DNA of 63,238 bases, the filler included, from Chthonomonadaceae bacterium (GTDB lineage: Bacteria; Armatimonadota; Chthonomonadetes; Chthonomonadales; Chthonomonadaceae), in the NCBI GenBank assembly GCA_035650735.1. It is 3 parts of 3 records of this genome, joined end to end, with 100 filler letters (N's around TTAATTAATTAA, not from the genome) between each part and the next. Parts side by side here need not be neighbours in the genome. Positions count along the whole stretch, not along the records: positions 1 to 31,494 come from DASRGZ010000126.1; 2 more parts are not named here. One strand, written 5' to 3'. The notes beneath the pieces are model-generated. The model ran no database searches. It had not been told where the DNA came from and worked only from the letters and a program-made list of their open reading frames with translations. A program made the translations under genes and the position numbers. This document shows positions 10,131 to 19,431 of the stretch, one piece after another. Positions within the stretch are counted from its first letter, which is position 1; each line of letters opens with the position of its first letter.

Positions 10131-11300
10131 TCAACGGCCAAGGCGTATTCCGAACAGGTTGAAGATCTCAAGCGGGTAGAGGATATCGAGCCAATTCGCG
10201 CCCTTGTGACCGCGCGGCGGGATCACCAGGACATCCTCCGGCTGGAGCGTGATGTTAGAGGTCATTTTGCCCTTTTTGAGCATGTCCTCGATATTAATTT
10301 TGGTCATCTCCGCTTTGCCGTTTACCGTGCGGATGATGCCGGCATGCTTGAGGTCGGCGTCCGGCAACTGGCCGCCGGCGGCGCCCAGCGCTTTGAGCAC
10401 AGTCATCTCTTCCTTTTCGGAGAACGGATAATAGCCGGGCTTGCTGACCTGGCCCATCACCCCGAAGCGCCGCTCGATCTCGGGGATAAACAAGACGTCG
10501 CCGGGCTGAAGCTTGAAGCCGGTCACCGTCTCGTCCGTCTTGCCTTCCTCGAGCACCGCAAACAGGTTCATCGGAAACTGGGTGTTGCCGCGCAATATAT
10601 AAGCCTGGCGCAGCGCCGCCTTGTCGGTGGGCCCGTTGGCCTCGGAGATCAGCCGGACGATGTTGAGATTTTCGTCCAGGTCATAGGCGCCGGGCTTGTT
10701 CACCTGGCCGATGACGTGGACCTGGTTGTGAATATCTATCTCGTCCAGCAGCACCAGGTCGTCGGCTTCCAGCTTGATGTTGGCCTCGCTGTCCGGCTTT
10801 TCCGTCGCTTCCACCAGATTGAGCGGGATGACCGCCGCGTTGCTGCGAAAGATGCGCCCGGAAACGCGGGTGGGCTTGGAAGTGGATAACCCTCCGGCCA
10901 TTGCTATGATGTCCATCAGGCGGTAGCCATTCTTCAGGTCATAGCTGCCCGCCGACTTGATGGCAGTGCCGGTAATCCGTACCTTCTTGGAGTGGACCTC
11001 CTTGACGGAGATGGTTACATTGGCGTTGTTGAGAGACTTTTCCAGTTCGGTCTGGAGCTCGGCAGCCAGAGCGGTGGGGGTTTTCCCGGCGGCCTGTAGC
11101 GTGCCGACCTCAGGGAACGAGATCTTGCCGTCGGGCAGGACGGTCAGCGTCTTATTCAGGTCGCTGTGGTTGGCGACGGTGATATCGATCACGTCGTCGG
11201 GCCCCAGCACGTACTCTGCGCTGGCGGTTGCGTCGGCACGCACGCCGCAGGCGAGCGCAATGAAGCAGCAGATGGCGAGTAATCGGATGAGCGGTTTCAT
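10131..11300 (-). CDS. wza: Polysaccharide export protein (Wza/Poly_export + SLBB domains)
   Basis: Signal peptide; EYVLGPDDVIDITV, VLPDGKISFPEVG; three SLBB repeats (VIGQVNKPGAY, VMGQVSKPGYY). Confidence 0.88.
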   Translation of the reverse strand: MKPLIRLLAICCFIALACGVRADATASAEYVLGPDDVIDITVANHSDLNKTLTVLPDGKISFPEVGTLQAAGKTPTALAAELQTELEKSLNNANVTISVKEVHSKKVRITGTAIKSAGSYDLKNGYRLMDIIAMAGGLSTSKPTRVSGRIFRSNAAVIPLNLVEATEKPDSEANIKLEADDLVLLDEIDIHNQVHVIGQVNKPGAYDLDENLNIVRLISEANGPTDKAALRQAYILRGNTQFPMNLFAVLEEGKTDETVTGFKLQPGDVLFIPEIERRFGVMGQVSKPGYYPFSEKEEMTVLKALGAAGGQLPDADLKHAGIIRTVNGKAEMTKINIEDMLKKGKMTSNITLQPEDVLVIPPRGHKGANWLDILYPLEIFNLFGIRLGR

Positions 11301-11301
11301 G

Positions 11302-13539
11302 CTAAATCCTTTCTTCCGTGTGCTCATCAGGGCGATACAAGACCGCTTCCTCGTCGGAGTGGGAGCCCCCGTTCTTTAGCAAAAGGGCCTCAAAGTCGCT
11401 GGATCCGCGGCGGCGCGTCTTTCCTTCCTCCAGTTGGTTGGCGCCGTCCAGCTTATAGTAGCCATAGTAGCTGTAGTAGTAGTCGTCGCGCTTAGCGCTC
11501 AGGTCAATCTTGTTACAGACCATGCCAAGCACACGGGCGTGGGCCTGGCGCAGCAGCTCGATGGCATGGCGCACCGCCGATTTCTTAGCCACGCCGAACT
11601 GCATCACGTAGAGGACGCCATCGGTGACGGCGGAGAGCACCTGAGCGTCGGCGGTGGCCAGGCAGGGCGGGCTGTCGAGGATGACGATGTCGGCGTGCTC
11701 TTTAAGCAGGTCGTGCAGCTGGCTCATGGCCCGGGAGTTGAGCAACTCGGCAGGGTTGGGGGGCAGCGGGCCCGCCGTGAGGATGCGCAGGCCGGGAACC
11801 GAGGTCTCTTGCAGCGCCGCCTCCAGCGGCATCCGGCCCACCAGCACGTTGGTCAGGCCGGGCTGCTGCGGCTGGTTGAATTTCTGATGCACGGTCGGGC
11901 GGCGCAGGTCGGCATCTACCAGGATGACGCGGCGCCCGTCCAGGGCCATGGCGACGGCCAGGTTGGAAGCCGTGACCGACTTGCCCTCGCCGGGGACGGT
12001 GCTGGTGACCAGGATGGAGCGCACCGGCGAGTCGACGGCGGCAAACTGGACGTTGGAGCGCAGGACGCGGTAGCTCTCCAGCAGCGAGTCGCTGCTGCGT
12101 GGGCTGATGATCAGGCGGGCGTCTTCCTTCTCAACGAGCGGCACGAAGCCCAGGGCGGGCGAGCCCAGGATGCGGCGGGCCTCCTCCGGCGCATGGATGC
12201 GGTCGTCCATGTACTCCTGGAGCAGCGCAAAACCGAGCCCGAGCGTCAGGCCCAGCAGCGCGGCCAGCACCAGGTTATTGATACGGCGGGGAGCGATCTG
12301 CTCGGGCGGGTTGGCGGGGGTGACGATCTTGACCGGATCGTGCTGGCTGACCTGGCGGATGCTCAGGTCTTCCACGCTCTTAGAGAGCAGGGTGACGTTG
12401 TTTTGTCCCTGATCCACCTCGCGCTGCAATTGGGCCAGCCGGCGCTCGATGGCGCTGTATTTGCCCAGACCGGCAGTGAGGTGTGCGGCGCGGGCGCGGG
12501 ATTTCTGCAGCTCCGCCTGTGCGGCGGTGAGCGCGGCGCGCGCCTCCGAGATCTTATCGTCGGCCGAGGCGATGGCCGGGTTAGTCTCGCGGCTGATGGT
12601 GGTGATTTTCGCGGGAGTCCGGGCCAGCCTGGCTTCGAGCGCGGCGATCTCGGCGTCTTTCTGCTGGATCTGGACGCTGTTAGGCTTATAGAGCAGGAGC
12701 ATCTTTTGCCGTTCGGTGCGGGCTTGAGCCAGCTTGTCCTGTTGGTCGCTGATCTGCTGGGTATTGCTGGCAGTGACAGGCTTTTCGATATAGGCTGGCA
12801 GAGCATTGCGGTCGGCAATCAGCGAGTCGAGGCGGGCCTGTGCCCCGGCCACCGTCGCTTCGGCCCGGCGGACATCGGCCTCGGCTTGAATAGCGTCGGT
12901 GATGCGCCCGCTGCGCTCCATCTGCATGTCGGAGACGTGCTTTTCGCGCTTAAAGCGCTCCATGGCCAGTTCCGCCTGATCCAGCTTCGCGTTTTCCTGG
13001 TCGAGTTGCTGAGTGGCATATTTCAGGGCCTTGCCTACCTCATGACCCTGGTCATTGGTAAGATAGTCACTGTAGACCTTTGGGAAAATTTTAGCCAGCC
13101 GTTCGGCATATTCGGGATTGTGCGATTCGACGTCAATCTCGATGACGTCGGTTTCCTTGACCGGGCGGACATCCACGCGCACAGGCCGTTGGGTGCTGCC
13201 GAGCGGGCTCAAGGGAATCCTGGCTTTTTTGTAGGCGAGTTCCAGAAGGTTGTCGCCCTGGAGCACCTCGATCTGGGTGTCCACGTCGTGGCCGGCAGGC
13301 TGGAAGAAGAGACTGCTCAGGGGGTCGCTGGCGTTATACTGGGCCAGGGTTAGGGCTTTGCCTTCGACCAGGATACGCGTTGTGCTGCGATACAGAGGCT
13401 TGGTCAGGAGGGTAATAACAAGACCTACCACCATGACAACTACAAACGTCTGGATGATCGTCACCTTGCGGCGGCGAAAGACATCCAGATAATCGCGCAG
13501 GGACATGTCGTTAGCCTGCGTAGACGCTTCTTGTAGCAT
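11302..13539 (-). CDS. wzc: Polysaccharide co-polymerase / BY-kinase (Wzc)
   Basis: Two TM helices around a coiled coil; Walker A PGEGKS, DADLRRP, ILDSPP; C-terminal Tyr cluster DDYYYSYYGYY. Confidence 0.93.
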   Translation of the reverse strand: MLQEASTQANDMSLRDYLDVFRRRKVTIIQTFVVVMVVGLVITLLTKPLYRSTTRILVEGKALTLAQYNASDPLSSLFFQPAGHDVDTQIEVLQGDNLLELAYKKARIPLSPLGSTQRPVRVDVRPVKETDVIEIDVESHNPEYAERLAKIFPKVYSDYLTNDQGHEVGKALKYATQQLDQENAKLDQAELAMERFKREKHVSDMQMERSGRITDAIQAEADVRRAEATVAGAQARLDSLIADRNALPAYIEKPVTASNTQQISDQQDKLAQARTERQKMLLLYKPNSVQIQQKDAEIAALEARLARTPAKITTISRETNPAIASADDKISEARAALTAAQAELQKSRARAAHLTAGLGKYSAIERRLAQLQREVDQGQNNVTLLSKSVEDLSIRQVSQHDPVKIVTPANPPEQIAPRRINNLVLAALLGLTLGLGFALLQEYMDDRIHAPEEARRILGSPALGFVPLVEKEDARLIISPRSSDSLLESYRVLRSNVQFAAVDSPVRSILVTSTVPGEGKSVTASNLAVAMALDGRRVILVDADLRRPTVHQKFNQPQQPGLTNVLVGRMPLEAALQETSVPGLRILTAGPLPPNPAELLNSRAMSQLHDLLKEHADIVILDSPPCLATADAQVLSAVTDGVLYVMQFGVAKKSAVRHAIELLRQAHARVLGMVCNKIDLSAKRDDYYYSYYGYYKLDGANQLEEGKTRRRGSSDFEALLLKNGGSHSDEEAVLYRPDEHTEERI

Positions 13540-13687
13540 AATCCGTGTTATCCTTAAACGATACTACGGGGCCAATGCGCGGGACGGCCGGCGCTCCCGC
13601 ATTCCCAGGGGATCGGCCGGCGCTCTGCCGGTTCCCGGATAGGGAAGGGGGACCGCGCCCGGCAAAGCCAGGGACATTCCACCTGCC

Positions 13688-13797
13688 ATGAAACCACTGC
13701 GCCGGTGAGAATCGCTCTATCAGGGCCAGTGGCCAGCACGCAGTGGCAGAGAGGGCCGTTTCTATGAAACCACTGTGCCGGTGATAATCGCTCTATC
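13688..13797. repeat. 34-bp direct repeat pair separated by 42 bp in the wzc leader
   Basis: ATGAAACCACTG(C/T)GCCGGTGA(G/T)AATCGCTCTATC at 13688-13721 and 13764-13797 (2 mismatches). Confidence 0.9.
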
Positions 13798-13963
13798 CGT
13801 GCCGGTGTCGGGCGGCGGTGGGCAAAGCCTACCGCACAACCCGGGTTGCCACGGCGGGCCTGTTGAGGCGTCCGCAGGAACAATAGCGCGATGACGCAGA
13901 TATCCTCCCGCCTGGGCTCTGCCCTCGGCGTCGGGAACAACTTTCATGGCATTGAGTCGATTA

Positions 13964-13980
13964 TGCAATTTCCGTGCCAG
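13964..13980 (-). promoter_or_regulatory. Sigma-54 promoter upstream of wzc
   Basis: Minus strand CTGGCACGGAAATTGCA is a perfect match to YTGGCACGRNNNTTGCW. Confidence 0.8.
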
Positions 13981-14038
13981 AGGGCCGCATCGCAGAGAGA
14001 ATAGGGCAATATTTGTGCTCGGTGTCCCTGCCGGATGG

Positions 14039-15373
14039 TTAGTCCTGGCGGGATGGGCGAGGGCGCAGGCAGGCGACGCCCGTGCCCAGGATGAGCCAGA
14101 AGAACATGGAGATCTGAGCAAACTGCCAGGCCGGGTTGCTCAGGCCATCAATGGTGAAGCCGACCATACCGGCCATGCAGGCCAGCAGTAGCGTCCGGCG
14201 GATGCCAGGCTCCATACTGCGCAGGCGGCGCAGGCCGGAGACCAGGAAGGTGAGCACGATTCCGGCAAACAGGCTCACCCCGATCAGCCCCTGCTCGGCG
14301 GCGGTCTGCAGCCAGACCTGGTGGGCCATCTCCGCCAGGGTCGGGCGGGTATGCAGGACGGCGATGCCAGGACGTCCCATCAGCGTGTAGGGATACTGGT
14401 AGACCGGATAGGTGCCCAGCCCCATCCCAAACACCGGCTTGGTAAGGATGAAATACTCGGCGGTGCGCCAGTAGACCTCGCGCTCGGCCAGGCTTTGGGT
14501 GCGGCTTTCGAGGTTGAGGCGCATCTGGATCACGCGCCCGGCATCGCCCTGCCAGACGGCAAAGACTGCGCAGAACAGCACGGTCAGGAGGGGGATGACG
14601 TACTGCGCCTTGTTGCTGGACGTCGGCAGGCGGCGTGGGGGCCGAAACAGGCTGAAAATTGCCAGTGCGGCCAGGGAGGCCAGCGCTCCCAACCAGCCGC
14701 TGCGCAGGCCCGAGGTGAGCAGGCAGATAACGGTCAGGGCGGCGCTAACCTGGGCGATGATCTGGCGCCGGGCGTCGCGCTCGGTCAGCGCGGCCACCAA
14801 CGGCACCGGCAGCAGGATCATCAGGAAGGCGCCGAAAAGCTGTTGGTTGCCGAAAAGCAGCGCGCGATCGCTGCCCTCGACGACCAACACGCTCAATCCC
14901 ATGATCGCCATCAGGGCGGAGACGCGCACCAGCGCGTCTTGAATCTTTTCCAGGTGTGAGGAGCGGCGCACATGATAGGCCAGGGCAAAATAGAGCAGCA
15001 CGCCCACGATCACCCGCTGCAATTCGGCCATGCCGAGCCGACGCAAGGCCGGATCGGCGGGCTCTAGCAGCAGCGAGACGACGGTAGCGATCAGGTAGAG
15101 GATCACGGCCAGGTTGGCTCCGGTCGCTAGGAAGGTAGCGATTTCGGCGCGACTGGCGGCCAGGCGGGCGCGCAGTACCAGGATACCTGCCAATAGCGCG
15201 GCCATGACCTGCAGGGCTTTGTTGGCAAGCCCTTGCATGGCCTCATTGGAGGGCGAGGCGAGCAGAGGTACAAGGACAACCATGCCCAGGACGACCAGCA
15301 AAATCCGGTTGTGCGCGGTCTCCTGCCAGTAGGAGCTGGCCTTAGGAGGGGGCGGCGAAGCGGCAGCGTGCAT
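14039..15373 (-). CDS. O-antigen ligase family membrane protein
   Basis: Multiple TM helices; FGNQQLFG, SGLRSGW, KPVFGMGLGTY, AHQVWLQTAAEQGLIG. Confidence 0.85.
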   Translation of the reverse strand: MHAAASPPPPKASSYWQETAHNRILLVVLGMVVLVPLLASPSNEAMQGLANKALQVMAALLAGILVLRARLAASRAEIATFLATGANLAVILYLIATVVSLLLEPADPALRRLGMAELQRVIVGVLLYFALAYHVRRSSHLEKIQDALVRVSALMAIMGLSVLVVEGSDRALLFGNQQLFGAFLMILLPVPLVAALTERDARRQIIAQVSAALTVICLLTSGLRSGWLGALASLAALAIFSLFRPPRRLPTSSNKAQYVIPLLTVLFCAVFAVWQGDAGRVIQMRLNLESRTQSLAEREVYWRTAEYFILTKPVFGMGLGTYPVYQYPYTLMGRPGIAVLHTRPTLAEMAHQVWLQTAAEQGLIGVSLFAGIVLTFLVSGLRRLRSMEPGIRRTLLLACMAGMVGFTIDGLSNPAWQFAQISMFFWLILGTGVACLRPRPSRQD

Positions 15374-15456
15374 AGTGGTGCGTACTCCTGATTGCGTTCG
15401 AAGCGGGATGGCCTTCTGGCGCTTGCCAGCAAGGAGAAGCCGCCTGCGGCTCTGGC

Positions 15457-15465
15457 ATTATACCA
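15457..15465 (-). promoter_or_regulatory. Extended -10 promoter for the ligase gene
   Basis: Minus strand TGGTATAAT about 85 bp upstream of the start. Confidence 0.45.
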
Positions 15466-15584
15466 CGTCTGCTCCAATTGCACCAGTAGGTAATTTTGCG
15501 GCTTGCGGGCGCAGGGGCAGCATCGCGTGCCGTCAGTCAAGGAGAGGGACTGAGGGTGAGGTCTTGCCCAATCATGTTTGGCCT

Positions 15585-15867
15585 AACCCCCGGCCCCCTT
15601 CCCTGCTGCGCCGCTAACGCGACAGGGAAGGGGGGGACCCGGCTTCTCTTCTTTCCTTGAGATAAGGAGAAGGGCCGGGGGTGAGGATTGTAACCATCTC
15701 CGGTCGGGTCCCTCCCTTCCCTTGTAGGGTCGCCAGGTGTGGCTAGGCGGAGGCAAGGGCCTCGCAAGGCAGAAGGCCCAACCATGGCAGGCCCGTTCCT
15801 TGCAGCACCTTGCCGACCCGAGCAGGGGCCCAACCATGGCAGTCCGTTGTAGGCCTGACCCTGGCAG
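15585..15867. repeat. REP mosaic: CCCCTTCCCT/AGGGAAGGGG hairpin plus nested bracket cluster (15730-15867)
   Basis: Similar hairpins at ~28880, ~35360, ~47820; bracket motifs as at 3185. Confidence 0.8.
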
Positions 15868-15945
15868 TGGGGGGCGGGGGTTAGGTTCACCGGGGCAGGT
15901 ATGAAGAGATAGGGCAAAACGGAAGAACCTGTCCCCGTGTCTGGC

Positions 15946-17313
15946 TCAGGCGATGAGGTCACGGATAGGCTTGCCCTTTTCGGTGATGGCGATGGGGCGG
16001 CCTACCGGGGTCATGAAGGACTTGCCGGGGTCCATGCCCAGCAGAGTAGCGACCGTGGCAAAGAAGTCGGGAACCAGGATCGGCTTATCCACCACTTTAG
16101 CGCCCTCCGCGTCGGTCTGGCCGTAGGCGAGGCCGCCGCGCACGCCGCCGCCGGCCAGCACGGCGCTCCACGCCTGCGGGTAGTGGTCGCGCCCCTCGTT
16201 GCCGTTGATGCGCGGGGTGCGTCCGAACTCGCCCATCCAGATAATGAGGGTGCTATCGAGTAGGTGGCGCTCCTCCAACTCCTTGATCAGCGTGGCCGCC
16301 GCCGGGTCCACCATGCCCATGAGCTTTGTCGTGCGGGTAAAGTTGTCCTGGTGGGTATCCCAGCCGTCCTGCACGACCTCGACGAACTTGACGCCCGCCT
16401 CAACGAGCCGACGCGCCATCAGGCAGCCGCGCCCGAAGTCGCTATCGCCATAGGCCGCCTTAACCGCGTCGGGCTCCTCGGAGAGGTCGAACGCCTTGAG
16501 CCGTGGCGAGTGCATCATGCGTACGGCCTTCGCGTAGACCGAGCGCCGCCCCTTTACCTTCACGTCGCCCGTTGCCGCGGCGAACTCTGACTCCAGCAGG
16601 TTCAGGGCCTCCTGCCGCTGCTGGAAGCGGGACTCGTTGACGTTGGCGGCGTAGGCGATGTTCTGGATCGGCTGACCGGGCTTTTGCACGATCAATGGCC
16701 CGTACTGGACGCCCAGGAAGCCGGCGCCGATGCTTGGCCCGCTGATGCTAACGAAGTTGGGCAGGTCGGAATTCGGATCCCCTAGTTCCTCGTTGACCCA
16801 GCCGCCCAGAGAGGGATGCGTGACCGTCGGGTTAGGCGCGTAGCCGGTGTGCATCAGATATTGGGCGCGCTGATGGTTGCCCTCCTTGCTGGTCATGCTG
16901 CGCAGGATCGCCAGGTGATGGGCCTGTTCGGCTAGCTGTGGCAGGTGCTCGCAGATGGCGACCTCGGGCACACGCGTCGGAATAGATTTGAACGTGCCGC
17001 CGGTCGCGCTGCCGGGCTTCGGGTCGAACGTGTCTATATGGCTGGGGCCACCGTTCATCCAGAGGAGGATGCAGGCTTTCGCCTTTGGCGGACGGCCCTG
17101 GGCGAAGGCGGCGCGCGGGTCGAGCCACTGCGCGAACAGCAGGCTTAACAGGCCGCCCATGCCGACCTTGAGGAAGCCTCGCCGGTTGATGGAGGTCGTC
17201 CACAGGTCTACCGGCCCGGGGCAACAGCCGCCGAACTCCTCGCGGGTGCGCCGCTCTTCCATTTCCTCCAGTTCTTCCCACTCGCGGCTCCTGGGATCTA
17301 AGGGTATCATCAT
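15946..17313 (-). CDS. DUF1501 family protein with Tat-like signal
   Basis: INRRGFLKVG; ILLWMNGGPSHIDTFDPKP; ARRLVEAGV; GWDTH; MGEFGRTP; GRDH. Confidence 0.92.
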   Translation of the reverse strand: MMIPLDPRSREWEELEEMEERRTREEFGGCCPGPVDLWTTSINRRGFLKVGMGGLLSLLFAQWLDPRAAFAQGRPPKAKACILLWMNGGPSHIDTFDPKPGSATGGTFKSIPTRVPEVAICEHLPQLAEQAHHLAILRSMTSKEGNHQRAQYLMHTGYAPNPTVTHPSLGGWVNEELGDPNSDLPNFVSISGPSIGAGFLGVQYGPLIVQKPGQPIQNIAYAANVNESRFQQRQEALNLLESEFAAATGDVKVKGRRSVYAKAVRMMHSPRLKAFDLSEEPDAVKAAYGDSDFGRGCLMARRLVEAGVKFVEVVQDGWDTHQDNFTRTTKLMGMVDPAAATLIKELEERHLLDSTLIIWMGEFGRTPRINGNEGRDHYPQAWSAVLAGGGVRGGLAYGQTDAEGAKVVDKPILVPDFFATVATLLGMDPGKSFMTPVGRPIAITEKGKPIRDLIA

Positions 17314-17439
17314 TACACGCTCCCATTTTTTATCGCAAATTTCGGCTCTCGTGGGCGTAGGGCTGCATTCGCCCCGTGGGATATGTCATCCTTTCCCACT
17401 GTTTAAAATAGCCCAAGTTTACTTGCCAATCCTAGACCT

Positions 17440-19308
17440 CTAATGATTGAACAGGAACTCGCTGGAGTTTAGCAGCGCCCAGAAGAGGTCTTCATAGGCT
17501 TGCAGTTTGGGCGTCTGCGCGGCAAGCTGAAAGCGGTTGTCGAGACGCGCGAAGGGATCCGGGCCGCCACCCCGCCGCATGCCTTTTTTGCCCATCTGGG
17601 CGAGCATGCCCATGCGCTGGCGCAGACGCGCCCGCAGCGGCCCTGGCTGCTGCGTCCCAGGACTCTCGACCACTTCGCGCGGCGCATTGACAAACGCCAC
17701 CCAGTGCGTAAGCTCTTTCGCCGTCGGCTTGCGCGAGAGCGTGCGCAGATAGAGCGCCTCGATCTTCTGTGCGTCGCCTCCGGGCATCGCCAGGACCTCG
17801 GCCAGCGCCGTGCCGGGAATGGGCGTGACGCCCCGGTTGACCATGTTGCCGTTGAGGAGCAATAGCGCCTGCGGGATGGTGCCCTCAAATTCCTTCTGCT
17901 CGAACTCTTCATCCACGTCGAACAGGAACGAGAACTGCCGGTTGATCAGGGTCTTGAGGCCTTCCAGGTTGCTCCCGGCCACCTTCTCCAGCACCGGCTG
18001 GAGGTTGGTCGCCTGCACGAGCGAGTCCACAAGCTCTTCCGGCCCCATCGGCTTGAGCCGGTAGCGCGCCCAGTACAGGTTGCCCGAGTCCGCTTTCCTG
18101 GCGGGAGCGGAAGAGAGCTGGTAGACCTGCGTAGCGCAGACGGTGCGGATCAGGTGCTTCAGGTCGTAGTTATGGGCCACGAAGTCCTCGGACAATCGCT
18201 GCAGCAGGCCCGGCAGGATAGGCGGATTGGACTCGCGGAAGTCGTCAATCGGCTCGACGAAACCCCGGCCCAGGAAGTGCGCCCAGATGCGGTTGACGAT
18301 GGCTTTGGCAAACCAGGGGTTCTGCGGCGCGGTCATCCAGGCGGCGAGTGCCTGCCGCCGGTTGGGGCTGTTGGAAAAGTCCGTGCCGTCGAGGGCTGCT
18401 GGGGCCGCGTTGGCATATTCATTGCGGGTCATGCGCAGCCGTTTGCCGCCGAGGAAGGGCCGGTTCACGTCCTGCAACTCCACGCGGCGGATGCCCCGTA
18501 CCTTGCCGACGTCTACGGGCACGGGCCGCACCTGCATAAAACAGGCGGTGAAGCGGCGGAAGTCCTCCTGCTTCCACTTCTCGGTCTTATGGTCGTGGCA
18601 CTGGGCGCATTGGATCTGGACGCCGAGGAAGATCTTGGAGGTCTGGCCGGAAAGGTCGGCGGGCGCCTGGGCGAACTTGAGCAGCCAGTTGACCGCGCCG
18701 TTGACGTTGGCCGCCTGGTCGGAAGAGTTGGCCGTCGCGCCCTCCGTCGTCATAGCCTCCATTTTATCGGCTTTATCGGCGCGCATCAGCCCGTAGGCTT
18801 TCGCGTAGGTGCCGCCCGCGCTGTTCTGTCCGGTGGCGGTGATGAGGTCGTAGACGAACTTGTTCCAGGGTGTGTTCTTCTCAAACTGGGCGTGCAGCCA
18901 CCGGCGGAAGGCAGAAGGGTCAATGACCTGCCCGCGCACCTGACGGCCCATCAGAACGTTGTACCAGTAGTTGGTCCAGTGGTCGGCGTAGCGCGGGCTT
19001 TCCAGCAGGGCGTCTACGGCGCGGGCGCGCTTGTCGGGCGACTTATCCGCCAGGAACGCCGTGACCGCCTCCGGGGGCGGTATCGTGCCGGTGATATCGA
19101 GATAGATGCGCCGCAGAAAGCGGGCGTCGTCCACTGGCGGGGCAGGAACGATGTGCTCCTTGTTCCACTCCACGCGGATCAGGTGGTCTATGGTGGCGGG
19201 AGTGAGGGTGGTCGTTTTGGTCTGGGCCTGAGTCGGCAGCAGGCCGGAGAAGGCTGCCAGCGCCACGGCGGGCGCCAGCAGTGCGGCGAGCGCATATCGG
19301 CTCTTCAT
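17440..19308 (-). CDS. DUF1549/DUF1553 (PSD1/PSCyt2) protein with CxxCH
   Basis: DDARFLRRIYLDITGTIP; FLGVQIQCAQCHDH; VNRIWAHFLGRGFVEPIDD; EDLFWALLNSSEFLFNH. Confidence 0.92.
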   Translation of the reverse strand: MKSRYALAALLAPAVALAAFSGLLPTQAQTKTTTLTPATIDHLIRVEWNKEHIVPAPPVDDARFLRRIYLDITGTIPPPEAVTAFLADKSPDKRARAVDALLESPRYADHWTNYWYNVLMGRQVRGQVIDPSAFRRWLHAQFEKNTPWNKFVYDLITATGQNSAGGTYAKAYGLMRADKADKMEAMTTEGATANSSDQAANVNGAVNWLLKFAQAPADLSGQTSKIFLGVQIQCAQCHDHKTEKWKQEDFRRFTACFMQVRPVPVDVGKVRGIRRVELQDVNRPFLGGKRLRMTRNEYANAAPAALDGTDFSNSPNRRQALAAWMTAPQNPWFAKAIVNRIWAHFLGRGFVEPIDDFRESNPPILPGLLQRLSEDFVAHNYDLKHLIRTVCATQVYQLSSAPARKADSGNLYWARYRLKPMGPEELVDSLVQATNLQPVLEKVAGSNLEGLKTLINRQFSFLFDVDEEFEQKEFEGTIPQALLLLNGNMVNRGVTPIPGTALAEVLAMPGGDAQKIEALYLRTLSRKPTAKELTHWVAFVNAPREVVESPGTQQPGPLRARLRQRMGMLAQMGKKGMRRGGGPDPFARLDNRFQLAAQTPKLQAYEDLFWALLNSSEFLFNH

Positions 19309-19431
19309 GGTCGCATCCCCCTGGGCTGGAGAAACCAGCCGAATGAAAGCCTTATGCTGGCTTTGACGAAATCGCGCAGCCAGAGTTCAGAGGAATTATC
19401 GGCAGAAATGAGCCTGGGGGTCGAAAGCTCG

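Noticed and set aside
9612..10889. 425-aa plus-strand ORF spanning the CRISPR array
   Set aside because: Translates the repeats and is antisense to wza; shadow ORF
13815..13835. ops/JUMPstart-like GCGGTAG on the minus strand in the wzc leader
   Set aside because: It is one arm of a GCGGTGGGC-AAA-GCCTACCGC REP-like hairpin and lacks the rest of the ops consensus
13655..13835. GCAAAGCC motifs suggestive of a c-di-GMP-I riboswitch
   Set aside because: Wrong strand relative to wzc and no GAAA tetraloop/receptor architecture
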